A DNA stretch of 64,000 nt from Antedon mediterranea. Taxonomy: Eukaryota; Animalia; Echinodermata. A program made the position numbers and the translations under genes. Position 1 is the stretch's first letter. Each line of letters opens with the position of its first letter. The DNA lies in the NCBI RefSeq assembly GCF_964355755.1, contig NC_092679.1:4494201-4558200 (forward strand), read 5' to 3'. Shown here one piece after another: positions 14,001 through 25,165 of this stretch. The notes under the pieces are model-generated. The model saw only the letters and a program-made list of their open reading frames with translations. It did no database searches and was not told the origin of the DNA.

Positions 14001-16326
14001 TTAAAAAGCTTATTGTATTTAAAAACCTTAACAAAACACAAATTACACAGAAACTGCAAGTTTAAGGAAGTGATCATATCATTAGTTAAACACAGTAAGT
14101 TGCGACAAGTCACTGAACCAAATCAAGTGCGAATTATTCACATAAAGTGACTAAATCTGCTAACGCCAATTTTGGTTCATTTAGCCAAATGAAGCGTAAA
14201 TCAATCACGATTGATTCGTAGTGCTTTTTGGACATTCTTACACTTCCTTTATGAAAAAAAACGAAATTAGAATGCAGCAACGAGAGTGAAAGTTTGGGTT
14301 GTCGCCAACATTTGTTTGGACAACATACTTGATAGAACAATGGAACTGGGGGTGAAAGTTCATATAACGACTCTTTGGTTTAAAAACATGGAGGAATTTT
14401 GAATGTTGCATAGTGAATTATGTGTTAGTATTTTAATGTTTATCTTTGATGGCTATAAACCTTGGTGTATGTATGTGAAAAAAGCTTAATTGGAAAGGTA
14501 GCTGGTAAACTGGAGGAAACATGCAACTTTGCTATTTTTTGCTAAACTTTCTATACTAAACTTTAACAATTGTTTAAAGTTACAATAATGAATAAATAAA
14601 TAACTGTTGAGCTATCTGTAACTTGCAGTGCCTTTAAACCTTTAATTAGAGCACCTAAAATTGTCATAAACTAAATGTTTAAAAAACTAGAAACAAATCA
14701 AGCTATCCCCTTCACCGACATATTGGGTAATTTAAACATTTTCATCAACAACCACCGACCGATTTAAATGGCCCATTGAAAAGTTTTACTTTTAGTTATT
14801 TAACGTAGTGCATTAAGCAGCAAAACAAGCTTAAAATCGTTTATCATTGTTCGTTTTTAAAGTTTAAACTTCAACAGTAAATTAAGCCACCTGTTTCTAT
14901 GCTATAATTACTCAATATTATTTCAACAGATTATTAAAAATTTATTCTAAAACGCTATGGTTCACAATACTGAATGTGAATGTTTTTATATAAAGCAAAA
15001 TAATTGGTTAATAACTGTAGCTTTCTACTTCAACGCCTCAGGGTAGATTATCAACTGAGTTTTGAGCTGTTTTTCTACCTTCTAAAGTTCTTTAAAACAG
15101 GTTTTCTATTCTTGAATAAGAGTTGTGCTTTCACATCGAGTGGAAGGCTCTCTTAAAACAACCTGAATGAAACAGGAGACCTTGGATTGTAAAATTTGAG
15201 AGGATGAGAGATCCGGGGTGCAAACACAAACGTACTTGCGTAGGCGTTGTTGTTAAAGCAAATAAAGTTAGCTAATCAGATTGTGTGTAATATTAAGAAA
15301 GAAAAAGTTTGAGGAATTCTGGGATACTGCACATCAAACAATAATCACATCAATGCCTACCTCAAACACCTGCTTATAAACCTATATTCATTGGCTAATA
15401 AATAACAAGGAATATGATTGGCTGCTTATTTTATGATATGGGAAATTGATGAGGTACTTGTCTCTTGAGAGAGGCACATTAAAAGGTATTTGGAGTGACT
15501 CAATTTGTCTTTTATTTTAGTGCTCAGTACTTTCTTGGGTTTATCTAGCTATTTTGATAGCTGGGTCTTTTTATTTCTATAAAGGATGACTATTCGACAT
15601 TGTATATTTTTGTAGTTTAATGTTTTTTTTTTTGCAGAAATGGAGAAGTTTTCAATATTTTATCAGGCTGAGCAACAAAATCTATCCATAACATACTTAA
15701 AATGAACAACATACCCTTTATAACTGTTTGCTGGGGAGGTTTTGAACGCACACGACACTTGATGGTCCGCCAACACAGAGATTACACCACTGTTGAAGTC
15801 TAATAATTTTATGATAAGATAACCTTTTAATCCAATCTGGTTTTAATTTTTTTAAATAAGTTTTTTCTTCCCAAGATAACTACAATTGTACGAACATTAT
15901 TTCCTTTCAGAATCTTCTGAACAAGGCCTTAAAAAAAAAAAGGCGAAATAATTGTATTGAAATGTGAATGACCTTGTTGTATATAACATCAGTTTCTAGA
16001 CGAGATTTTCTTTAAGCTCTGATTATGCAGCTAACTTGACTTTACCTGACCTTTTCTATCTGTAAGTATTTTATTTCAACATAAGGGACTGTTTTCCCAA
16101 AGTATGTTGCTCATTGCTAGTCTTCTATTTAAACGACTATCAATTTTTTTTCACAAACTTCATAACATTTTGCAGTAAAATTATGTGATTAATTATAGTT
16201 TTAGTATTTAAAAAAAAAATCTAAATATGGGAAAGTTGTCAGAATTGTAACACTATAAAACATTACAGTATAAAATGCTAGCATTAATATAGATTTATAT
16301 CAGAATTATCAGAAGGACAAGAATGT

Positions 16327-16733
16327 AGACGTTTTTTAGTTTAAAAAAAAACTGTGACTTCCAGTCAAAGTTTTCGATCAAAACATATCTCATAATGCAA
16401 CGCGCTTGTTTGGCTACTCTGTATTCATAATCATAAAACTTCCTCGCGATCTGTGTGAAAACACCTTCTCAACCGTGACGAGTTGTAAACAATCCTAATT
16501 AGGATCATGCATAATGCATACTCTTGGTTTGAAATCTTTGTTTACTTTCTCTCGTGACGATTTTCCAGACGAAATATAATCAAACTAATTTACCTGTTAA
16601 TTACGTAAAATTGTTGTTTTTGGCACGAATTTTCTACTTAAAGTGAATAACTTTAATATTACTTTGATATGGCCAATTTAAATTTAGAATATTTTGACTT
16701 TCATTTTTTTGTGTTTCAAGGGACAATACATCT
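16327..16733. mobile_element. truncated second copy of the family C DNA transposon
   Basis: Near-identical to 10570-10976; ends in gggacaatacatct|ttaa. Confidence 0.7.
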
Positions 16734-16843
16734 TTAAATAAGTATCCTACAATTTAGAGTTTGCGAATTTTCTTTTTCTGTTTGTACGTTTGTTGATATG
16801 GATAACATTTTTCCGATTGAATTGAATAGAGGTTTCTACTGTA

Positions 16844-17195
16844 TGATTTGATTTGAATTTATTTGGAAAATCATCATAGCAAAAATACATACAAAGTGAT
16901 AACATAAATTACGGACATTACAAATAATACATTTATAAAAGACTTTCCAGGATAGCCCAAAAAGCTTATCAGCTTATTTCCATTGGGATCCTTTTACAAT
17001 CTAAAATAAAAAATATAAACATTACAAAGTATAGCATTAAACACATAGATATTACAAAAACAATAATATAAAAAACAAGTTAAATTAAAGACTATGATTG
17101 ACTTATAAAGTTATTTGGTAGAACAGAAATGTGATTTAACATTTTTCTTAAAATTAAATTTGTTTTCTATTTGTTGAATGGAATGAGGTAGATTC
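16844..17195 (-). mobile_element. 5'-truncated L2/CR1-group LINE (end of ORF2 plus 3' UTR)
   Basis: The minus strand encodes NLPHSIQQIENKFNFKKNVKSHFCSTK*, resembling the L2/CR1 ORF2 C-terminal pattern (N.LP..I......FK..LK.H). It is followed by a UTR, AATAAA and a (tcaaa)n tail; second copy at 42245. Confidence 0.7.
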
Positions 17196-20100
17196 TGAGG
17201 ATGAATATCATTTGGTGGGATATACATCATGTTTTTTTTTAAATACGTCCTAAGTAAAATTGCTCAGCTACTCCTCAAACAGTAGATACAAAAAAGAATG
17301 TCTAAAGTCCAACCAAAGATAATGTCCAAGGAAAACAAATTTATGTAATTAATGATGACAGTTTTATCAAACAAGATTGACTCATATCAATAAATTTAAT
17401 AGTCAATCACAGATGGTCTGTGTAGCTATCCCATAATACTTAGCAACTGAGATAACATTAAGTTATATTGTATGAGTAATCATGACAAACGACGAGAACG
17501 GTTTATAATACAACTTAAGTACTACAAACAATCATAAATATACTTATGGTATCTCGATATGGAAAGTGGAAATTTGATGATGATGTCAGTGCTAAAAATA
17601 GACATGAATTCAACAGGCTTCCAAGGTACACTTAAATCAACAAATATGTGTGAGTAAGGGTGTTAAGCTTTGCAACTAGCATGCAACGCAAAGACGAACA
17701 CGCAATGCGAGTGATTTGAACAATCTTAAGTGATGGATCATCCAAGCCTTGGCTTGAATTATGCGTTCTTAGAGTATAGTATACCAATAATACACAGAAA
17801 ACAACTGTTTCGTTTTATACAATGAGCAACAACTCCACACACATCCTTAATGTGCACACTTGTTACGGTTTCACTAGTACCCGAAATAAACAAATTATAT
17901 ATAATAACTTCGTAATAGAAGGTCCATAAACAAATTCAGGAAAAAATAATATAATATTCTTTATTGAATATATCCTTCCAAAGATTATTTTAAACATTTG
18001 CTTCCTGACATACAAAATGTTTTTTAAAAAAACAAAAACGTCAAACTACTTTGAAACATAAGGGATATTAACCAAGCCACTCTTGTACATAGAAAAGAAC
18101 CCACTCCATAAATATTGGAAAGTGGGCTTGTACAGTCATTATGCCACAAGGATGCAAATCGAGGATGTAGATGGTACGTCACGTTCATCATCTGTCGTTT
18201 CGCATACATCCTTGCAGTGCATCCTAATAGTAACCATCCAAGTACAGATTAATATACTACAGTATATATTACAAAAGGAGTGAACATTCATACATTGATG
18301 CCGGTTCAGTTCGGCACCTAAAATTTGCCGCCACTGACAGTCGTGTCAACAACAACATTGTACACACTCTACATTAACAGTAACACACAAGTGTAAATTC
18401 AAAAAACTAAAAATGAAAACAATTGTCTAAGGATACATATTACCGAAGAAGTATTATTTTGATATGCTGCTAACACGTCAAAAACCCAACATATCACTTT
18501 TTTTATCTTATGTACACAAAAATTAAGGTATCTTCATAAGCAAGGTTAGGATAGGTGAAACACCAAACATCCCAATAATATATGGACACTAATTAATTTA
18601 TATATGGTCATAAATTGATATAATTAAATTATAATATAATTTGATATTTAAAAAGCAACTGGTATTATAATATCCTACCAGGATTTCACAGAATGGACTA
18701 TTCCATTCACTCAACTCACCTGTTGGATTTGTTTATGAAACTTAAAGGTTAAAGGTAAACGCTTATGAAAGCGCTGAAGGATGCATTACCTCTAGGTGGC
18801 TCACTCTTAGATTTTCATTGTATCAGATTCAAAATTACACTAAAAATCCCCTTTTTTTTCAAATTCCAAAAATAAAATTTGTAATGTAATTGGTTAAAAA
18901 GTTTTAATATTTTTTCAATCAATTTTTTCAAGATAAAAACAATAATACTCTATTTTATATTTTGTCTTAACTAAAAAAAAATTTTATTTTTAAAATCGAA
19001 CAGCAAATTAATTTAAATTTATAATCCATATATTTAAAATAACTGACCATAAATAAAGAATTTGATTCTAATAATTATAAATAAATGTCTATTTTGGTAA
19101 AACATGACACAACAAAAAATTATTTTAAAAAGTTTGGTAAATTAATCATAATTAATGAATTATGTAAGTTTGCAAATTATTTATATATCGATTTTATATG
19201 GATATGAAAAAATAACAATAACATTAATAGTTTTTACATACACAGTTGGACATTAATCATTACTATAATTACATTTGCAGAAAATGATGTTATTGCAATA
19301 ATCATCATCGTTTGTATTTGAGAAAGTCTGTGAATCAGACCGTTGGTATTTTTTTAAGCATCAAGAAATTGTAGGAGCTATGGAGACTCAGTTATCATTA
19401 TATCTTGGGTAAAGCCTGGCGGGGCCAGGGCGGGGCCAGGGAAACACCCCTTCATCCACTTTTTGGGAGGAGGATAATTCTAAATTATGTTAAATACTGG
19501 CTATTGAGTAGACATGTGCAGTATAATTTTTTTTTTCATTATGCAATTATAAAGAGAAAAGTTAGTTAAACCGAAAAAAAGGCTTCAACCGTGAAAAAGA
19601 TTTAATCAATGATGATGAATTAGGCTATTAATATTATTACATAATGCAAGTCAAAAAAAGGGAAAGAATATAAACAGAAAAACTTTGAAAATGTTTTAGA
19701 CTATCCTAAACTAAATTTTTCAATGGATCAAACTACCAAATAATGTGATTCAACAATTTAAAAAGAGAAAAAAAAAACTGAAGTTGAGTAATCAGTTGTA
19801 ATTTTAAATTATGAAACTTCAAAAACACAATCGCAATACATCAATGGTGGTTAAGTTTGAAAGGTCATTGCACTTGTGACTACGGTCTACCCTGTGGAGT
19901 TAAAAATACTTCAACCAATGGTGTAAAAGTCTCAAGGCGCAAAATTAAGTCCGAAACCAAACACTGATAATATCAGAAGGAATTCTATTATGAGAAAGGG
20001 ATGCATGTCAGTGTTACTTTTTATACCAAGTGAAGCGTTAAATTAGCACTCAAACGAAACTGTTCATCCACTGGTATTTAGACACAATTTTGGAAGTGAT

Positions 20101-20278
20101 GATAGAAAAGATATTAGTCAGTGAAAAATCAATGTGGCGTTAGTTTAATCTGAATCTACAAATATAAAGAGATCTTTTTAACTAGTTGTTAAAAAGTTTA
20201 GCAAAATGAAACGATAAAAAAAAGCCAGAAACAAACTATTTTCAGAACTATATATCAATTTATAAATCTAAGAAAATT

Positions 20279-20481
20279 ACTGAAAAAATGACAATGCTGT
20301 GGGTATCAGTGGCTGGATCTCAATGGAGATACAAAATAAAATAAGCACTGAAAAATGACAATGCTGTGGGTATCAGTGGCTGGATCTCAATGGAGATACA
20401 AAATAAAATAAGCACTGAAAAATGACAATGCTGTGGGTATCAGTGGCTGGATCTCAATGGAGATACAAAATAAAATAAGCA
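20279..20481. repeat. tandem repeat, 67-bp unit x3
   Basis: actgaaaaatgacaatgctgtgggtatcagtggctggatctcaatggagatacaaaataaaataagc at 20279, 20347 and 20414, essentially identical. Confidence 0.95.
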
Positions 20482-20583
20482 AAAAGCTAAATCAAAACAA
20501 TAAAGTAAACAGCCAAAATGTGCAGATATATAAATTATTCCAGGTTGGAATCTCGATTGGGGAGGTTTTTTTCTAATTCTCAA

Positions 20584-20622
20584 CATGGAGGTTAAAAATA
20601 AATTTTATTTTTTACCTCCATG
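20584..20622. mobile_element. 39-bp P-element-like hairpin (excision footprint or micro-MITE)
   Basis: 17-bp arms catggaggttaaaaata / tattttttacctccatg (1 mismatch) with a 5-nt spacer; flanks ttctcaa / ttctcac (7 bp, 1 mismatch). Confidence 0.6.
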
Positions 20623-20741
20623 TTCTCACACACTTCCTCAACTTCATCTTTTCTAACTAATTCATTTTCAGCATATCACTCGGTGGTTTAGCATTTGTTG
20701 TGTGCCTGTTTATACATACATCATGTATTATAATATTTACC

Positions 20742-21528
20742 TATGGAACGCCGATTACGCAACATTTTGATGATATGAATTTTATGACGCGATCTGTGAT
20801 TGAAATGCATCGATATAAATTGAATTGCGCGATATATGAATGAAATGTTTTGAATTGAATGTTTTGAATGAAATGTTTTAAATTGAATGCTTTGAATTGA
20901 ATGTTTTGAATGAAATGTTTTGAATGAAATGTTTTGAATAAAATGTTTTGAACGAAATGTTTTGAATGAAATGTTTGAATTGAATTGAAAAGTCAAACTA
21001 TTGACGGCATATGTCATTCCCGCTCGTGATTTTTTCTTAACCTCTTAAGCCTGGGTACTCATCTCCTTTCCACGCTGTCATCAATATGGATCCTTTACAG
21101 AGAATCCTAACAGACCTGGGTTTGGAAATATGCATTCCACTGTTTCAGGTTGGTTAGGATTCTCTGTAAAGGATCCATATTGATAATAGTGTGGAAAGGA
21201 GTCGAGGGTACCCATTTCATTCAAAACATTTTATTCAAAACATTTCATTCAAAACATTTTATTCAAAACATTTCATTCAAAACATTTTATTCAAAACATT
21301 TTATTCAAAACATTCAATTCAAAACATTTCATTCAAAACATTTCATTCAAAATATTTTATTCAAAACATTTCATTCATAACATTTCATTTAAAGCATTCA
21401 ATTCAAAACATTCAATTCAAAACATTTCATTCATATATCGCGCCATTCAATTCATATCGATTCATTTCATTCACATATCGCGTCATAAAATTCATATCAT
21501 CGAAATGTTGCGTAAACGGCGTTCCATA
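20742..21528. mobile_element. IS3EU-like non-autonomous DNA transposon with subterminal 14-bp tandem arrays
   Basis: Termini TATGGaacgccg ... cggcgttCCATA; exact 6-bp TSD tttacc (20736-20741, 21529-21534); long TIRs containing (ttcaaaacatttca)n. TAYGG termini with a 6-bp TSD are the IS3EU signature. Confidence 0.75.
21053..21213. mobile_element. palindromic mini-element nested in the IS3EU-like element
   Basis: Perfect 32-bp stem 21080-21111 / 21153-21184, extending imperfectly to gggtac...gtaccc. Confidence 0.7.
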
Positions 21529-22029
21529 TTTACCCATGGTTTTCCAAAAGGAATTCATGGAATTGAAGATGACTAACATACATTTAAAATATTCAGCCTT
21601 GTATACATCCTACACAATATGAGACCAATGTATATCATATTCTATTATATACTGTCTCAGACTATTTATCAATTAGCAACACTTCTGCATAATGTATACC
21701 ATATCCTAAATAATGGCACTTGTTGCTTTTAAAAATTAAACTAATTATGTTATTATTATGTCTTGATTGAAACTTTCCAAGTCAAATCGATAGTATTCAA
21801 GTACATTAGAATCTTCTATATTTAATTAAAATTATATAATATAATTTATTTCGCCAAATTTCAAATACAGTACAAAGACATAAAAACAGCACAAAAGGAA
21901 ATCAATGAGGCAGGATCATCTTTTGCTATAAAATATAAAGAAAGAATTCACATGTACTGGAAGCAATAAACTGAATATTTTCTTTTTAAGAAAAATAAAT
22001 GTATACGAAATCATGTTAGAAAATGCTGA

Positions 22030-22235
22030 TGAACAACTCTAAAATGTATAGGAAATGGTTTTTTATTTTATATTTATTATGTTGTGTTTATTGTTTTATG
22101 TTTTTTATGTAAAAGGGTCCTGCGAAAACAGAACTGTAAACTTCTCTATGCAGGATCCTTGCCATCATTTATATTATCTAACTATATTTATATTTATAAA
22201 CGATGAGTAAATAAATGTGAATTGAATTGAAATTG
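22030..22235 (+). mobile_element. LINE 3' UTR fragment
   Basis: Short stem gggtcctgc...gcaggatcc, then AATAAA and a (gaatt)n tail. Confidence 0.45.
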
Positions 22236-22520
22236 TGCTCATTTTAACAGTGAATAAATTTAAAAACTTTAAAATCTAGAATTAGCAAAAAACGAACATT
22301 TTTGTATCGATCTACCAAGTTATGGATTAACGTACCAACTGACAAAAGAAAACATATCATTTGTTTGTTTTATCCTTTAAAATTGATTTAAATTTTGCTA
22401 CATTTAAATAATTTTTAGGTTAATGCATTGTCATGCAATATAACTTTATTTTTATTATTAGTTTTTCTGAATATGTTAAATTTATATAATTACTTCTTTT
22501 TTTACATGAGAAAAGAATAT

Positions 22521-22580
22521 GGTAGACATAGATTTGAACCCCGACCCCTGGGATTGCAAGCATGTTCACTATTATAAGCA
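22521..22580 (-). mobile_element. tRNA-derived SINE head remnant
   Basis: Minus-strand ggggtcggggttcaaatc (B-box context); A box decayed. Confidence 0.4.
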
Positions 22581-24350
22581 GCACTTCCTCTGTTGTGAGA
22601 TCAAAATAATAATGACATCATAATCTATTCTTGTACTATCTACTATATAATTAATGACCTCTAGTAGTTGGAACCATACAGATATTTTGTTGCAACACAT
22701 TACCTAATATAAAATAACAATTGAAGTTATTCATTTGAAAAACCACCAATCTGAACATCACAAAAGGCAATCATGATTAATATACAAAATATTAATATGT
22801 TTAAAAAAGAAACTACCACTAATCAAGTGCTTTGTTTACAAAACATTTGTGGGTATCAATTGAAGGTGACTTCTTCGAAATTACAATTAATAGCAAAGGG
22901 AAGTTTTTTTTTTTACTGACGCATATGTTTATCTTTGCCTTATTAGAGACAATTTTTTAAGTGATGACAGACACATTAAAAAGAATATGTATCAATTTTA
23001 TTAATTATATTTTGTAAATTTAATCTTATTACTAAATTCTGTTTAATTTGACAGCATTTCCGTTTGGTGTATTTTTATACAAAAGTACCTAGAATCTATA
23101 GTATATATGCCAATATTCTGCGGTGCATTTTGTGTTTGCTACGACTTTCGCAATAGTGAGTTTTCACATCGGGACGGTAGAAGATAGATATGAAAGGATA
23201 CAGTAATTTATACAAAATATTAATCTGCGCATGCGTATAAGCTCAGTATACGTTGTTCCATTCTCATCGGGAATATAACTATTTGATTTAACATTCGGTA
23301 AATGTATAATTATTATAGGAAGCATGCATTACCTTTACTTTATTATTTAACAACTAAACTACAGTAGGTTTTATTTGAATGATCTTGTAGAGTTAATATT
23401 TTACAACTAGAGAGTCAACTAGATACAATACTAACAGGGCAGGGACTCCATACCACAAATGTTTATCTGGTTAGAATGAGGAAGTTTTCGTTCTCAACGA
23501 AAGAATTCATTAATGATTGCTCATTGCGGTAATTCACAACCATGACAGTCAAACCTAATGAATAACCTATTGTACATTGAACGAGAAAGAAACTTAATTG
23601 AAAAAACATTACAGTCTGACTTAAAAGTTAGATGAAAGAGATGTTGTGATACAGAAAGAACGTTTTTAAAATATGAATTGATGTTGAGCGATTTCTGCGT
23701 CGATCCCAGAGGATGTAACCGAGACGTGGGTCCGGGTTTTTGAACTTTATCTGACATTTCAAAACGCTTTCATCTTTCAAAAATTATACAGTATATATAT
23801 GTATATTAAGTACATGTAACTTTAATTAAATTACTAAAAAAAGGGTTCCTCTCTGTAATAATATAATATGTTAATTTAATTTAATTATTTTAACTTGTAC
23901 TGTTAATTAAGGTTCTCTATGATGTTTATATCCGCCCTGCATCTACAGTACTCGTTCGCTGATACTTAAAAATACATCTTAAAGAATACAGCTTGAATGC
24001 CTATATCCAGTATCTAATCTAGTTCTACATTAACTCTCAACATTCAAAAGTCTTTATTTATTTTTGCAACAGTATTACTATTTATGCCTCTTGTAGACTC
24101 TTTTGTTCTGGGCCTATTATAATAATATTTTTTTTTGTATTTCTTTGATTTATATCATTATTAATCTAATGTTTAAGAAAGAATGGAATAAAACCCTTAA
24201 CATATACTAAAATTGTTTATTAATTAAGAAGGAGGAGCTTAATAACTTAAGTTCTTAGAATTGTAGGCCTTCTTTGCTGTTAATTAACCAATTAATTAGT
24301 ATTTCCTGTCACTCTTTGGTGTTTGTTATTTGTGTATAATTCAATCACTT

Positions 24351-24391
24351 GATCTTGAAAATGGTTCCATGATGGTTCCGAAACGTCGATC
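24351..24391 (+). mobile_element. Penelope-like terminal motif / degenerate minimal hammerhead
   Basis: gatc-TTGAAAA-tggttccatgatggttcc-GAAA-cg-TC-gatc. Confidence 0.4.
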
Positions 24392-24620
24392 TTCTTGTTT
24401 TTTGTCATTAAATTTTATTGTAAAAAAAACATATACTATAGTCCAAAAATGGTTTAAATTTGTAAATATAAGGCCTATAATGGTTAGCCCCATCAAATCA
24501 TCACTGGCTACCGACAGAGTATAATCCCATGCTCAAGTATATAATCCTACACCCTAATTTAGGTTAAACTCGAACACAAGAATTTTGATCAACCGATTGT
24601 TCTTACAGTAATCCAAGTAT

Positions 24621-25165
24621 AATACCCTATCGCATAATTTTGTAAGAATTTCATAGCAGGCCCCTTGGACTATACTATACGGTACATTTGTAAGAGAAAT
24701 GATTTGTAGGAGGAAAGGGTAATACAGTTAATTTTGAGTGGGAGACGGTTGTAATAATTTTAATCCTTAATGCACACAAACATGGATGGCACCTAAAGTC
24801 TTGATTGTTGTACAAGAGGCTTGTTCCATCGCTCTATCGAGCCACATTTTGTCTCTAATCTTCTCTTGTCACGTAAAATACCCTATCGCATAATTTCTTT
24901 AAAATTTCATAGATGGCCCCTTGGACTGTACATTTGTAAGAAAAATGATTTGTAGAGGATGAAAGTGTAATACCGTTAATTTTGAGTGGGAGACGGTTGC
25001 AATAATTTTAATCCTTAATGTGCACGAACACGGATGGAACCAGATCAGGCAGTCATCCAAGGAATCTATAATCTCGCAACTAACGTCTTGATTGCCGTAC
25101 AAGAGTGACGCTTGTTCTGTGGCTCTCCATCGAGTCACATTTTGGCTCTAATCTTTTCTTGTCAC
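24621..25165. repeat. diverged tandem duplication, about 256-bp period
   Basis: aataccctatcgcataattt at 24621 and 24877, collinear to ...ttgtcac; the second copy has an insertion of about 30 bp. Confidence 0.85.

Noticed and set aside
18146-18214. Imperfect hairpin caaggatg...catccttg as a miRNA precursor
   Set aside because: The stem has many bulges and no known mature miRNA is recognisable; more likely a decayed palindromic MITE.
18789-18802. CTCF-like motif cctctaggtggctc
   Set aside because: It lies in sequence following aaaggttaaaggt that resembles a retroposon end; a single motif with no other support.
20721-21622. ORFs with HSKHFIQNISFKTF repeats
   Set aside because: These are translations of the 14-bp subterminal arrays of the IS3EU-like element.
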